DNA of 64,000 bases. Source: an uncultured Bacilli bacterium (GTDB taxonomy: Bacteria; Bacillota_I; Bacilli_A; RFN20; CAG-826). Position numbers and translations under genes: made by a program. The stretch is taken from the NCBI GenBank assembly GCA_944358895.1, contig CALVSB010000004.1, positions 21,236 to 85,235 of the forward strand, given 5' to 3'. Shown piece by piece: positions 1 through 13,888 of the stretch (its first letter is position 1; each line of letters starts with the position of its first letter). The notes beneath the pieces were generated by a model. That model was not told the origin of the DNA. It saw only the letters and a program-made list of their open reading frames with translations, and did not search any database.

Positions 1-3497
<3,497 letters not shown>

Positions 3498-3510
3498 CTA
3501 ATTGCCTCCG

Positions 3511-6500
3511 TTAGTCGTCGAGCGAAGAGCCGATCCGGTCGGTGACCGAGAGGCCCTCTTCCTCGGCGATGGCCGTCTCGTCGCTATTTGCGGCGGTCGG
3601 TTCCTCTTCTTCCTCGGAGGGGTGTTCCCGCGGCGAGGTGAGGCTGCGGATGGCGCTATTGACCTTCCGCTCCTCGATGAGGGCTTCCTTGGCTAGGGAG
3701 TCCATGTTGATCTCGGATTCGTTTTCGTCGTAGAGGTGGACGTCCATGGCCAAGCCTTTGAGTTCCTTCGTAAAGACCTTGAAGGCTTCCGGCATGCCGG
3801 GCTTCGGGATGTCGAGGCCCTTGATGATGGCTTCGTAGCACTTCCTTCTGCCGACCCGGTCGTCGCTCTTGATGGTGAGCATTTCCTGGAGGACGTGGCT
3901 CGCGCCGTAGGCTTCGAGGGCCCAGACCTCCATTTCGCCGAACCGCTGGCCGCCGTTCTGGGCTTTGCCCCCGAGCGGCTGCTGGGTGACAAGGCTATAA
4001 GGTCCGGTCGCCCGGGCGTGGAGTTTGTCGTCGACCATGTGCACGAGCTTGATCATGTACATGATGCCGACCGAGATACGCTCCGGGAAACGTTCGCCGG
4101 TCCGCCCGTCGTAGAGGACGGTCTTGCCGTCGTTGCTGAGGCCGGCCTTCTGCATGAGGTCGGCGATCTCTTCGTCGCTGATGCCGTCGAAGACCGGGGT
4201 CGCCACCCGGATGCCGAGCTTGCGGCAAGCGAGGCCGAGGTGGACTTCGAGGATCTGCCCGATGTTCATACGGCTAGGAACGCCCATCGGGGAAAGCATG
4301 ACGTCGATCGGGGTGCCATCCGGGAGGAACGGCATGTCCTCGATCGGGAGGATCTTGGAAATGACGCCCTTGTTGCCGTGGCGGCCCGACATCTTGTCGC
4401 CCTCGGAGATCTTCCTCTTCTGGACGATGTAGACGCGGACTTTCTTGATGACGCCGGTCGGAAGCGGATCGCGCTTCTTCCGTTCGTAGACTTTGACCTT
4501 GAGGACGATGCCGGCCCCGCCGTGCGGGACGCGGAGGGAGGAATCCTTAACGTCCTTCGTCTTCTCGGCGAAGATGGCCATGAGGAGCTTTTCCTCCGGC
4601 GTCGGCTCGGACTGGCCTTTCGGGGTCACTTTGCCGACGAGGATGTCGCCCTCCCGGACTTCGGCGCCTGGGATGATGATGCCGTTCTCGTCGAGGTTGG
4701 TCTTGAGGTCGTCGCCGACATTCGGGATGTCGCGGGTGATTTCCTCTTCGCCGAGCTTCGTTTCCCGGCATTCGCAGTCATAGTCCTCGATGTGGATGGT
4801 CGTGTAGCAATCGTCCTTGACCATCCGCTCGGACATGATGACGGCGTCTTCGTAGTTGTAGCCGTTCCAGGTCATGTAGGCGACGAGCATGTTTTGCCCG
4901 AGGGCAAGCTCGCCTCCCCGCATGGCCGGGCCGTCGGCGATGACTTCGCCGCCCTTTACCTTGTCGCCGACGTGGACGATCGGGTGCTGGTTGATGCAGG
5001 TGCCGTTGTTGGAACGGTCGAACTTCTGGAGGGTGTAGGTCTTCTCGCCGCTCTCACCTTCGACCTTGATGGTCGAGCCGTCCATGTAGGTGACGGTCCC
5101 GTCTTCCTCGGCGACGACGGCTAGGCCCGAGTCGCGGGCAATCCGCCGCTCGAGGCCGGTTCCGACGTAGGAAAGCTGCGGCCTGAGAAGCGGAAGAGCC
5201 TGACGCTGCATGTTGGCGCCCATGAGGGCCCGGGTGGAGTCATCGTTCTCGAGGAACGGAATGCAAGCCGCGGCGATCGAAACGATCTGCTTCGGCGAGA
5301 CGTCGACGAAGTCGATGAGTTCGCGCGGGGCGACGAGGTTTTCCCCGTCGTGCCGGCAGACGACGTCGTTCTCGAGGATTTCCTTGCCGACGATCGTCTT
5401 GCCTTCGAATTCGACTTTAACCGGCTCGCCAAGCTTGATGTTGGCTTCGGCGATATAGTGGCCGGCTTCTTCGTCAGCCGAGAGGTAGACGCCGTCGTCG
5501 AGGACGAAGTAATGGGCTTTGCCCTTCTCGTCCACCACTTTTTCGACCCGCCGATAAGGGGTCTGGATGAAGCCGTAGTCGTTGACCTTGGCGTAGGTGG
5601 AAAGGTTGTTGATAAGACCGATGTTCTGGCCTTCAGGAGTTTCGATCGGGCAGATGCGGCCGTAGTGGGTATAGTGGACGTCGCGGACTTCCATCGAAGC
5701 GCGGTCGCGGGTAAGGCCGCCCGGGCCGAGAGCCGAGATACGGCGCTTGTTGGTAAGTTCGGCCAGCGGGTTGGTCTGGTCCATGAACTGGGAGAGCTGG
5801 CTCGAGGCGAAGAACTCCCGGATGGACGAGGTCAGCGGCCGGATGTTGATGAGGGTCTGGGGCTTCGCGGTGGCGAGGTCGGCCGTGATCGACATCTTCT
5901 GCTGGACCGTCTTGCTCATCTTGGTGAGACCGATCCGGAACTGAGTCTGGAGCAGCTCGCCGACACAACGGACCCGGCGGTTGCCGAGGTGGTCGATATC
6001 GTCGGTCGTTCCGATCCCGAACTGGATGTTGTTGAAATAGGAGAAGCAGGCGACCATGTCGCTGATCGAAGCCCTCGAGAGCGACGGCTCGCCGTTGAGG
6101 CCGGTCAGAAGGAGGTCGGTGCCGATGATCTTGACGATATCGCCGTCCGGCTTGTCATAGGCATGGACCTTGACGACATTGACGCGGTTATGGGTATCGA
6201 TGAGATCGTTGGTCTTGAGAACCTGGGTGAACTGCTCGCTATGCTCAAAGAATTCGGCGTCGCGGAGTTCCTGGACGTCTTCTTTGCTGAGGGTATGGCC
6301 CTTGATGAGGGGTTCTCCATCGTTGTTGGTGAAGATGGTGCCGTCGTCATTGACAAGGTCCTCGGCAAGGATCCTTCCGACGAGGCGGGAATAGATCCCG
6401 AGCTTCACCGTGTATTTGAAACGGCCGGCCCGTCCGAGGTCGTACCGCTTGTCGTCGAAGAATTTCTGGACAAGGAAATTGATGACGCCCTTGCCCGTCA

Positions 6501-7308
6501 TCGGCTCGCCCGGCTTGAGGCGCGAGAAGATGACGCGGAGCGCGACGTCGCTATAGGAAGCGAAGCGCTTGTCCTCGGCGACGAGGTCGTGGCCTTCGTC
6601 GTCCCGGTACATCGCCTTTTCCTTCTCGACGGTCGTCTTCATCATTTCGCTTTCGCCGAAGAGGTCGAAAAGCTGTTGATCGTTATCGAGGCCGAGCGCC
6701 CGGAAAAGGATCGTGGCCGGCATCTTGCGCTGGCGGTCGATCCGGACGAACATCGTGTTCTTGAGATCGGACTCGAACTGGAGCCAGGTGCCGCGGGTCG
6801 GGATGATCTCGCCGTTGTAGATATGGGCACCGCTCTTGTCGGGGGTATCCTGGAAATAAGCGCCCGGTGAACGGACGATCTGGCTGACGATGACGCGTTC
6901 AGCCCCGTTCACGATGAAGGTGCCTGAATCGGTCATCATCGGGACGTCGCCCATGTAGACTTCGCTCTCGGCCTTTTCGCCGGTCGGCGAAACGAGGCGG
7001 AGGGTCACCTTCAGTTTGCTCGCATAAGTGAGGTCGCCTTCGCGGCACTCAATCGGGGTATAGACCGGCGCTTCGAAACGCGAGCTCACGTACTCGATGG
7101 AATAGGTTTCCGCATAGTTCTTGATCGGGAAAACCTCTTTCATCACCTGATCGAGTCCTTCGTCGAGGAACCAAGCGAAGCTCTTGGTCTGGATTTCGAC
7201 GAGATTGGGAAGCGGCGCGCTTCCGCTGATCTTGGAGAAGTCGATCCTTCCGTTCTCGTCGACCGGGTAAGAGGCATAGGCGGCGAGAAGGTTCTTGTCT
7301 TCGTTCAT
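3511..7308 (-). CDS. rpoB: RNA polymerase beta subunit
   Basis: 1265 aa ORF with [24 protein letters not shown] and [17 protein letters not shown] motifs. Confidence 0.99.
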   Translation of the reverse strand: MNEDKNLLAAYASYPVDENGRIDFSKISGSAPLPNLVEIQTKSFAWFLDEGLDQVMKEVFPIKNYAETYSIEYVSSRFEAPVYTPIECREGDLTYASKLKVTLRLVSPTGEKAESEVYMGDVPMMTDSGTFIVNGAERVIVSQIVRSPGAYFQDTPDKSGAHIYNGEIIPTRGTWLQFESDLKNTMFVRIDRQRKMPATILFRALGLDNDQQLFDLFGESEMMKTTVEKEKAMYRDDEGHDLVAEDKRFASYSDVALRVIFSRLKPGEPMTGKGVINFLVQKFFDDKRYDLGRAGRFKYTVKLGIYSRLVGRILAEDLVNDDGTIFTNNDGEPLIKGHTLSKEDVQELRDAEFFEHSEQFTQVLKTNDLIDTHNRVNVVKVHAYDKPDGDIVKIIGTDLLLTGLNGEPSLSRASISDMVACFSYFNNIQFGIGTTDDIDHLGNRRVRCVGELLQTQFRIGLTKMSKTVQQKMSITADLATAKPQTLINIRPLTSSIREFFASSQLSQFMDQTNPLAELTNKRRISALGPGGLTRDRASMEVRDVHYTHYGRICPIETPEGQNIGLINNLSTYAKVNDYGFIQTPYRRVEKVVDEKGKAHYFVLDDGVYLSADEEAGHYIAEANIKLGEPVKVEFEGKTIVGKEILENDVVCRHDGENLVAPRELIDFVDVSPKQIVSIAAACIPFLENDDSTRALMGANMQRQALPLLRPQLSYVGTGLERRIARDSGLAVVAEEDGTVTYMDGSTIKVEGESGEKTYTLQKFDRSNNGTCINQHPIVHVGDKVKGGEVIADGPAMRGGELALGQNMLVAYMTWNGYNYEDAVIMSERMVKDDCYTTIHIEDYDCECRETKLGEEEITRDIPNVGDDLKTNLDENGIIIPGAEVREGDILVGKVTPKGQSEPTPEEKLLMAIFAEKTKDVKDSSLRVPHGGAGIVLKVKVYERKKRDPLPTGVIKKVRVYIVQKRKISEGDKMSGRHGNKGVISKILPIEDMPFLPDGTPIDVMLSPMGVPSRMNIGQILEVHLGLACRKLGIRVATPVFDGISDEEIADLMQKAGLSNDGKTVLYDGRTGERFPERISVGIMYMIKLVHMVDDKLHARATGPYSLVTQQPLGGKAQNGGQRFGEMEVWALEAYGASHVLQEMLTIKSDDRVGRRKCYEAIIKGLDIPKPGMPEAFKVFTKELKGLAMDVHLYDENESEINMDSLAKEALIEERKVNSAIRSLTSPREHPSEEEEEPTAANSDETAIAEEEGLSVTDRIGSSLDD

Positions 7309-7317
7309 TTGTTGCTC

Positions 7318-7917
7318 CTATTTGCTTGCTTTAATGATCCAATAGCCTTTTTTCTTCTCGAGGATCGCGACGCGGGGAAATAGTTCCTGCAGGTGGGCAT
7401 GGACGCTTTCGGCGCCCTGCTTCCGCCGCACCACCACGTAGAGCGAGCCGCCTTCCCTAAGGTGGGACGGGGCGCCGTCGTAGATGGCATAGGTGACTTT
7501 CTTGCCAGCGCGGATCGGAGGATTGGAGACGATTGAGTCAAAAAGGGAGTCGAGGTGGAGGTAGACGTCGCTTTCAACCACGGTGCACCTGGACGCTAGC
7601 CCCATGTGTCGGGCGTTTTCCCGCGTCAGGTCGAGGGCCCGTTCGTTCACGTCGGACAAAGTGAGAGAACGTTTTGGGTCGAAGGAGGCAAGGATGAGGC
7701 CGATCGGCCCGACCCCGCAACCGAGATCGAGGATCTTCTCTCCCAAGTCGAGCGTCGCGATCGTTTCGATCATGATCTTGGAGCCAAGATCGAGCTCGTG
7801 GGAAGAAAAGACTCCTTTGTCGCTCTTGAAGGAATATTTCCGGCCGAGGACTTCGCACTCGAAGGTGATGTCTTGATGGGACATCCCTTCCACGTTGTCG
7901 AAGTACTGAGGAGCCAT
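7318..7917 (-). CDS. Class I SAM-dependent methyltransferase, RsmC/YbxB-like
   Basis: LDLGCGVG and SNPPIRAGK motifs; usual Firmicutes position between rplL and rpoB. Confidence 0.9.
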   Translation of the reverse strand: MAPQYFDNVEGMSHQDITFECEVLGRKYSFKSDKGVFSSHELDLGSKIMIETIATLDLGEKILDLGCGVGPIGLILASFDPKRSLTLSDVNERALDLTRENARHMGLASRCTVVESDVYLHLDSLFDSIVSNPPIRAGKKVTYAIYDGAPSHLREGGSLYVVVRRKQGAESVHAHLQELFPRVAILEKKKGYWIIKASK

Positions 7918-7941
7918 TTATATATCCTTATATAAGCGCGT

Positions 7942-7985
7942 AAATCCCCACCCCAGGAGGAACGCTCCCAGGGCAGGGCTTTGGA
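7942..7985 (-). terminator. GC-rich hairpin after rplL (probable terminator or processing site)
   Basis: Minus strand CCCTGCCCTGGGAG-loop-CTCCTGGGGTGGGG followed by only a weak U tract. Confidence 0.45.
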
Positions 7986-8011
7986 TGATGAGTTTTGTTG
8001 GGGAGTCGGAA

Positions 8012-8395
8012 CTACTTGATTTCGACTTCGGCGCCGATGTCGGTAAGGGCCTTCTTGTGGCTTTCGGCCTCGACCGGGGAGATCTTCTCCTTGAGGGTCG
8101 CCGGGCAGGCATCGACGAGCTTCTTGGCATCCATGAGGCCAAGGCCGGTGATGCCCTGAACCGCCTTGATGACGGCAACTTTGCCAGCCGTGCCAAGGCC
8201 CTTGAGAATGAGGTTGACCTCGGTCGGTCCCTTGGCGGCCGGGCCATCGTCCTCGGCCGGAGCGGCAGCAGCCACCGGGGCGGCGGCCGTGACACCGAAT
8301 TCCTTTTCGACGTCTTTGACGAGGGCGCTAAGTTCGAGCGCGCTCATCTGCTTGAGCGTATCAATGATTTGCTCGTTGGTAAGTTTCTCAGCCAT
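8012..8395 (-). CDS. rplL: 50S ribosomal protein L7/L12
   Basis: [22 protein letters not shown] and [12 protein letters not shown]. Confidence 0.98.
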   Translation of the reverse strand: MAEKLTNEQIIDTLKQMSALELSALVKDVEKEFGVTAAAPVAAAAPAEDDGPAAKGPTEVNLILKGLGTAGKVAVIKAVQGITGLGLMDAKKLVDACPATLKEKISPVEAESHKKALTDIGAEVEIK

Positions 8396-8413
8396 GATTT
8401 TATCCTCCTAGGC

Positions 8414-8917
8414 TTAGTTGGCGGCCGCTTGGCCGTCTTTGTTGGCAATCGCGTCGATTGCCCGGGCGAGAGATGCCATCGGTTCGTTGAGAACCATGCA
8501 GAACATCGAGAGGAGCGCTTCCTTCGACGGAAGTTTGGCAACTTCCTTGAGGCCGGCTCCATCAACGACCTTCCCTTCGACGAGGCCGGCCCTCAGGACC
8601 AGCTTCTCGTGGTAACGGGAGAACTTGTAGAGAGCGGCAACTCCAGTCGAGACATCCTCCGAGAAGACGAAGGCGTTCGGGCCTTCGAGGTACTCGTCGA
8701 GGCCTTCGATGCCGGCGTCGTGAAGGGCGCGGGCAGCCATGGTGTTCTTGTAAACGCCAAGGTGGGCCTTCTTCTCGGCCAAGGCGCGGCGGAGTTCGTT
8801 GAGCTCAGCGACCGTCAGGCCCTGATAGCCAACGATGGCAAGGGTCTTGCTGTTCTTGAGGCCTTCGCTGATCTCGCTCACCGCGGCCTTTTTCTGCTGC
8901 AGAGCGTTTTGGTTCAT
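8414..8917 (-). CDS. rplJ: 50S ribosomal protein L10
   Basis: YQGLTVAELNELRR, VYKNTM, LPSKEALLSM. Confidence 0.97.
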   Translation of the reverse strand: MNQNALQQKKAAVSEISEGLKNSKTLAIVGYQGLTVAELNELRRALAEKKAHLGVYKNTMAARALHDAGIEGLDEYLEGPNAFVFSEDVSTGVAALYKFSRYHEKLVLRAGLVEGKVVDGAGLKEVAKLPSKEALLSMFCMVLNEPMASLARAIDAIANKDGQAAAN

Positions 8918-8944
8918 CCTCGTTCCTCCTTTCTTCGCAAATAT

Positions 8945-9035
8945 ATCTGTGAAGCTAACTAGACTAGCGGGTTTTATCGACTAACCTCGGCAACGTGTTT
9001 TTATTAAGGCATGTGCCCGTTGCTTTCTTAGGCTA
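8945..9035 (-). promoter_or_regulatory. L10 leader (r-protein autoregulatory RNA)
   Basis: Minus strand TAAGAAAGCAACG...TTAA...CGTTGCCGAGG resembles the Firmicutes L10 leader; lies upstream of rplJ. Confidence 0.75.
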
Positions 9036-9071
9036 GCAAGCATTTCACCAAAGTAGGGTTCCTTCGAAGGC

Positions 9072-9761
9072 TTAGTTGCGGCCTTCGAAGGTGATTTTGA
9101 TGCCAGGGCCCATCGTGGTGTGGGCAACGACATTCAAGATGAAGGCGCCCTTCACGGTCGAGGGACGGCTCTTGGCCACCGCGTCGCAGACAGCCTTGAG
9201 GTTGTCGGCGATATCCTGATCGGAGAAGGAGCAACGGGCGACCGAGATGTTGAGGTTGGCGTCCTTGTCGACGCGGTAGGCGATCTTGCCTTTCTTGATC
9301 TCGGCGATGGCCTGGCCGATCGCCATGGTGACCGTTCCGGTCTTGGGGTTCGGCATGAGGCCTTTCGGGCCGAGGATGCGGCCCATCTTTCCGAGTTCGC
9401 CCATCATGTCAGGGGTGGCAACGATGACATCGTAGTCGAACCAGTTTTCTTTCTGGATCTTCTCGATGAGTTCCTTGCCGCCGACGAATTCGGCACCAGC
9501 CGCCTTCGCTTCTTCCTGCTTGGCATTGGTGAGAGCGAGGACCCGCTTCGTCTTGCCGCTGCCGTGCGGGAGAACGAGGGTTCCCCGAATGAGCTGGTCG
9601 GCGAGGGTCGGGTTGACGTTAAGGCGGAAGCTCACGTCAATGGTCGAATCGAACTTGGTGACGCTGGTCTTCTTGAGAAGAGCCGCGGCCTCATCGATGG
9701 TGTAGATCTTGCTGTGATCGACGAGTTTGAGGGCTTCGCGGTATTTCTTTCCGGTTTTCAT
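9072..9761 (-). CDS. rplA: 50S ribosomal protein L1
   Basis: LGPKGLMPNPKTGTVT and TTMGPGIKI. Confidence 0.99.
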   Translation of the reverse strand: MKTGKKYREALKLVDHSKIYTIDEAAALLKKTSVTKFDSTIDVSFRLNVNPTLADQLIRGTLVLPHGSGKTKRVLALTNAKQEEAKAAGAEFVGGKELIEKIQKENWFDYDVIVATPDMMGELGKMGRILGPKGLMPNPKTGTVTMAIGQAIAEIKKGKIAYRVDKDANLNISVARCSFSDQDIADNLKAVCDAVAKSRPSTVKGAFILNVVAHTTMGPGIKITFEGRN

Positions 9762-9774
9762 CTATTGGCCCTCC

Positions 9775-10185
9775 TTAGCGGTCGACGACAATGCCCATCT
9801 GGCGGGCGCTGCCTTCGACGATCTTCATGGCCGCCTCGACGTCATTGGCGTTGAGGTCCGGCAGTTTGTACTCAGCGATTTCCTTGAGCTGAGCTTCGGT
9901 GATGTGCCCGACGATCTTCTTCGGGTTGCCGCTTCCTTTGCTGATGCCAGCCGCCTTGAGCAAGCGATTGGCTACCGGCTCGGTCTTGATGACGAAGTCG
10001 TAGGACTTGTCCTCGTAAGCGGTGATGACGACAGGGACGACCTGTCCCTTACGATCCGCGGTCTTGGCGTTGAAGTCCGTGCAGAACTTGTTCATGACGA
10101 CGCCAGCCGAGGCGAGTTTCGGTCCCGGATGCGCTTCCCCGCCGGGGAGCTCCATCTTGAGGACCTTGACGATTTTCTTTGCCAT
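9775..10185 (-). CDS. rplK: 50S ribosomal protein L11
   Basis: FCTDFNAKT, KLPDLNANDVEAAMKIVEGSARQMG. Confidence 0.97.
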   Translation of the reverse strand: MAKKIVKVLKMELPGGEAHPGPKLASAGVVMNKFCTDFNAKTADRKGQVVPVVITAYEDKSYDFVIKTEPVANRLLKAAGISKGSGNPKKIVGHITEAQLKEIAEYKLPDLNANDVEAAMKIVEGSARQMGIVVDR

Positions 10186-10209
10186 GGTTTCCTCCTATTT
10201 GGTAATCTG

Positions 10210-10248
10210 GCCGTGGTGCGCGGGCCCCGTCTAAGGCCCTACCACGCC
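10210..10248 (-). promoter_or_regulatory. L1-binding leader hairpin of rplK-rplA
   Basis: CGTGGTAGGGCC...GGCCCGCGCACCACG stem with an asymmetric internal loop just upstream of the rplK RBS. Confidence 0.65.
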
Positions 10249-10266
10249 GCACATACGTGCTTGTGT

Positions 10267-10294
10267 ATTATACGCGCGAGGCGCCCTCGTTCAA
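10267..10294 (-). promoter_or_regulatory. SigA-type promoter of rplK
   Basis: TTGAAC-N16-TATAAT. Confidence 0.7.
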
Positions 10295-10661
10295 TAGAAA
10301 TTTTTTGCAGCAACCTAATTTTTGTTTCCAGCAAAAATCGGATAAAAGAATGGCGTTTTGCGGACTTTATTCTGCAAAAACCCGTTATCTATGCCGAAAT
10401 CAACTAAAAAGACTTCGTGCGTTTTTTATTGGGTCGCGCCGCCTCTGGGCCCGGCAAGCCATTGTTCATTCGTCTTGGATTATACCTTTCAGAGGGCAAG
10501 TTCAGTAATCTCCAATTGCTTGCTTTGTAAAGGCAATGCTTAGATATATCCTTATATGTTTTATTAAGATTCTTTGTTACTTTGTATTAATGGATTTCAA
10601 CCAAAAATCCTCCGATGAATTCAATCTTTTTATTTATTATTTTAGGTGACCTTTTGCATAA

Positions 10662-10693
10662 AGAAAAAGCAAGCCCGGAAACGAGCTTGCTTA
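10662..10693 (-). terminator. Intrinsic terminator of the P-type ATPase gene
   Basis: AAGCAAGC...GCTTGCTT stem followed by a U tract on the minus strand. Confidence 0.75.
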
Positions 10694-10715
10694 TTGAGAA
10701 TCGGCGTCCTCTCCC

Positions 10716-12878
10716 CTACTTCACCTTTTCGTAGAGTAGGGTATAGGCATAGAGAACCATTAAGACCGTAAGACCCGTATCGGCCATGACGGCAACCCAC
10801 ATCGGGAAGGCGTCTCCCAAGAAAGCACTTAGAAGCATGATGCTCGCCTTGATGAGAAGCCCGAGGACGATGATGGAGACGGCCCGGAAGCGCGTCTTCT
10901 TGGCAATCTTGATGCCAGAAACGAGCTTGCTTGGATCGTCGTTCATAATGACGAGATCGGCCGACGAAATGGAGGAGTCGCTGCCGATGCCGCCCATCGC
11001 GATGCCGACGTCGGCCAAGGCAATCGAAGGAGCGTCGTTCACGCCGTCGCCGATGAAGGCAACGCTGCCCGGAGCCGCGGCAATCTCTTCCTTGAGGTGG
11101 TCGCTCTTTTCTTCTGGGAGAAGCCCTGCTTTGACCTCGTCGAGGCCAAGCTGGCTGCCGACGGCCTTGGCATTTTTCTCCTGGTCGCCGGTGAAGAGCT
11201 TAACCTTGATGCCGAGGGAATGGAGGCCGTCCACCATCTTCTTCGACTCTTTCCTGATGACGTCGTTGAGGATGACATAGCCCTGATATTTGCCATTGAC
11301 GGCCAGATGGACGACCGTCCCTTCTTCCTTGACCTCGTCGCAATCGATGCCAAACTGCTTCATTAGCTTGGCATTGCCAGCCAGGATTTCATCGCCATGA
11401 TAGCGGGTCTTGATCCCGTGCCCGGCAATTTCCTCGTAGTCTTCCTGCTCGGCGGCCAGCTCAAGCGCGTCGTGGGCGTCCCCGACAATGGCTTTGGCGA
11501 TCGGATGAGCCGACCGCGACTCGGCGCACTTGAGATAATGCATGAACGTGCATTTGTCGAGGCCGTAGAGATGCCAGGTCGTGACCTGGAAGTCGCCATA
11601 GGTGAGGGTCCCCGTCTTGTCGGAGACAACCGTCTTGATGCGGAGCAGCTTGTCGAAATAAGGCGAGCCTTTGACGATGAGGCCGTTCTTCGAGGCGAGG
11701 CCGATGCCGGCGAAATACGAGAGCGGGACGCTCAAGACGATCGCGCAGGGGCAGGCGATGACGAGGAAGGAGAGGCCGACCCGGATCCAGGTCTTCCAAG
11801 TCTCCGCGTCGCCGATTCCAAGGAACAGGGGCGGAATTACCACCACAAGGGCCGCAAGAAGGACGACGAAAGGGGTGTAGTACTTGCTGAAGACGGAGAT
11901 GAATTTCTCAGCCTTGCTCTTGCCGCGGCCGGAGTTCTCGACGAGAGTCATGATCTTGGCCAGGGTCGAAGAGGAATACGGCTTGGTGATCTGGACGGTC
12001 AGATTGCCGCTCTTGAGAGTCGTGCCAGAGAGGACTTCGTCGCCTTTCTTCTTATAGACAGGGACGAACTCGCCGGTGAGAGAACTCACGTCGACGTTTC
12101 CTTCGCCGGTGACAATGACGCCGTCGGAAGGGAAGGACTCGCCGACCTTGACCATCACGAGATCGCCGACCTGAAGGTCTTCCGGCTTCACGGTCTCGAG
12201 GCCGTTGGCCCCGATCCGAGTCGCCGTTTCGCTCTTGAGGCTCACCGCATCGACAATCGCATTGTGCGATTTCCGGCTGGCGACGATGTCAAAGAGGTCG
12301 CCGAGCTGATAGAGAGATACGACCATGACCGCGTCGAAGAAACTCATCATCTCATCCATCGCGATGATGGGAAGGAGGAAAGCCCCGAGAGAGGCTATCG
12401 TCATCAGGAAGGCTTCATCGAAGATGTTCCGGAAGTGGATGACGTTCCTGATGAAGCGCCAAGCGACGTCGTAGCCGGCCAGGAGCCAAGCGACGAGATT
12501 GACGGGGAAGAGGACGGTCCAAAGATAGTCGTGGCCGAGCCCGAGGCCCATCATCGTGAAGGTCGTGACCGCGCTGACGGCAAAGGCCACGATGACGCGG
12601 ACGAGCTTCACCCACATCGCCTTGTCCCAAGCCACCCGCTTCGAGGGCTTCTCCGGAATCGGGGCCACGTGGAATTCTTCCTCGACCGAGTTGACGATCT
12701 TGTCGATTTCCTCGATCGGCTTCTTCTCGGCCGTCAGGTAGATCTTCCCGGCGCCGTAGTCGATGTTGCACTCGCTGACCCAGCTTTCCTTTTCCATCCG
12801 GTGGACGACCCGCTCGGCGCACGCCGGGCAGTCGAGGCCTGTGATGAGATAAGCTTGATCGATCTTTTCTTCGGCCAT
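10716..12878 (-). CDS. cadA: Heavy-metal translocating P1B-type ATPase (Zn/Cd, CadA/ZntA-like)
   Basis: N-terminal HMA GLDCPAC, TGE, membrane CPC, DKTGTLT, HP and GDGVNDAP motifs. Confidence 0.92.
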   Translation of the reverse strand: MAEEKIDQAYLITGLDCPACAERVVHRMEKESWVSECNIDYGAGKIYLTAEKKPIEEIDKIVNSVEEEFHVAPIPEKPSKRVAWDKAMWVKLVRVIVAFAVSAVTTFTMMGLGLGHDYLWTVLFPVNLVAWLLAGYDVAWRFIRNVIHFRNIFDEAFLMTIASLGAFLLPIIAMDEMMSFFDAVMVVSLYQLGDLFDIVASRKSHNAIVDAVSLKSETATRIGANGLETVKPEDLQVGDLVMVKVGESFPSDGVIVTGEGNVDVSSLTGEFVPVYKKKGDEVLSGTTLKSGNLTVQITKPYSSSTLAKIMTLVENSGRGKSKAEKFISVFSKYYTPFVVLLAALVVVIPPLFLGIGDAETWKTWIRVGLSFLVIACPCAIVLSVPLSYFAGIGLASKNGLIVKGSPYFDKLLRIKTVVSDKTGTLTYGDFQVTTWHLYGLDKCTFMHYLKCAESRSAHPIAKAIVGDAHDALELAAEQEDYEEIAGHGIKTRYHGDEILAGNAKLMKQFGIDCDEVKEEGTVVHLAVNGKYQGYVILNDVIRKESKKMVDGLHSLGIKVKLFTGDQEKNAKAVGSQLGLDEVKAGLLPEEKSDHLKEEIAAAPGSVAFIGDGVNDAPSIALADVGIAMGGIGSDSSISSADLVIMNDDPSKLVSGIKIAKKTRFRAVSIIVLGLLIKASIMLLSAFLGDAFPMWVAVMADTGLTVLMVLYAYTLLYEKVK

Positions 12879-12879
12879 G

Positions 12880-13176
12880 TCACATTGCCTCCTGCACGTG
12901 GTCGTAAACGACCTTCAATAGTTCGCGCACGTGATCGTCGGCTAAGACGTAATAGACTTTCGTCCCGTCCTTCCGCATCGAGAGAAGATTCTCCTCCTTA
13001 AGAACTTTCAGTTGGTGGGAAGCCAGCGACTGGCTCACCCCCGCCTCTTCTTGAATCTCGCCGACCGATTTCTCCCCGTCCATGATCGCGTAAAGGATCT
13101 TGAGGCGGGTGAAGTCGCCGGCAATCTTGAGGAGGCTTTCCATTCTTTCGAGAACTTGCTCGCTGGGCATGTCCAT
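12880..13176 (-). CDS. ArsR/SmtB family metalloregulator
   Basis: DFTRLKIL..., SQSLASHQLKVLK, YYVLADDHV; start moved to ATG 13176 because an AAGGAGA RBS precedes it. Confidence 0.92.
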   Translation of the reverse strand: MDMPSEQVLERMESLLKIAGDFTRLKILYAIMDGEKSVGEIQEEAGVSQSLASHQLKVLKEENLLSMRKDGTKVYYVLADDHVRELLKVVYDHVQEAM

Positions 13177-13203
13177 ATATGAATCTCCTTTCATGCAAAG
13201 CCT

Positions 13204-13255
13204 ATTATATGAAGGTTCATTCATGGTTCAAGGGGTAAGATGAACAATTTTTCAT
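13204..13255 (-). promoter_or_regulatory. Promoter with two SmtB/ArsR operator boxes
   Basis: TTGAAC-N16-TATAAT (13231-13204); ATGAA-N6-TTCAT at 13209-13224 and 13240-13255. Confidence 0.8.
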
Positions 13256-13272
13256 ATTTGAGAACAAGCACG

Positions 13273-13300
13273 AAAAAAGGCCCCGGTCGCCCGGGGCCCT
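13273..13300 (-). terminator. Intrinsic terminator after nusG
   Basis: GGCCCCGG/CCGGGGCC stem plus a U tract. Confidence 0.8.
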
Positions 13301-13313
13301 TAGACCAAATTGA

Positions 13314-13874
13314 TTAAATACGCTCGATGTCGGAGAAATCCTGATCGACGACGGTTTCGCGGCCGAAGAAGAGCGTCTTGATTTGAACGGCGCCCGTCTT
13401 CTTGTCGAGCGAGGTAATCGTGCCTTCGGTTCCTTCGAGGGGCCCCTTGATGATCTTGACGCGGGTCCCGACTTCATAGCCGTTGAACATCGATTCGTCG
13501 ACCATGCCCATTCGCTTGAGGACCGGCTCCATCTGCTCGATCGGGACCGGGGTCGGCTTCTGGCCGCCGCCGCTCGAACCGGCGATGCCGGTGACGCCCG
13601 GAGTATTACGGACGATGTACCAGCTCTTGTCGGTCATGATCATCTCGACGAAGATGTAGCCCGGATAAAGGTTCCGGACCTTGGTCTTGCCGGTTTGGAT
13701 GCCGTCTTTGAGAACCGGCTCCTCGACCTCGACGACGAGGACGCGGAAAATCTCGTTTTCCATCCCCATCGAGGCAATCCGCTTCCTGATGTTGTCGGCG
13801 GTCTTCTGCTCGTGCATCGAGTAGGTATTGATGATGTACCAGTTCTTTTCGCCGAGCTTAGCTGCTTCTGCCAT
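13314..13874 (-). CDS. nusG: Transcription elongation factor NusG
   Basis: WYIINTYS, LYPGYIFVEM, VRNTPGVTG and KOW motif; start at ATG 13874 with GGAGG RBS. Confidence 0.97.
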   Translation of the reverse strand: MAEAAKLGEKNWYIINTYSMHEQKTADNIRKRIASMGMENEIFRVLVVEVEEPVLKDGIQTGKTKVRNLYPGYIFVEMIMTDKSWYIVRNTPGVTGIAGSSGGGQKPTPVPIEQMEPVLKRMGMVDESMFNGYEVGTRVKIIKGPLEGTEGTITSLDKKTGAVQIKTLFFGRETVVDQDFSDIERI

Positions 13875-13888
13875 TCCCTGTTCCTCCT

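Noticed and set aside
10415-10455. preQ1-like A-rich tail (CCCAATAAAAAAC) on the minus strand
   Set aside because: No proper 5-bp P1 or loop consensus, and no queuosine gene downstream
10257-10543. Small plus-strand ORFs in the rplK-cadA spacer
   Set aside because: No SD or -10 support, atypical codon usage, overlap with the rplK promoter
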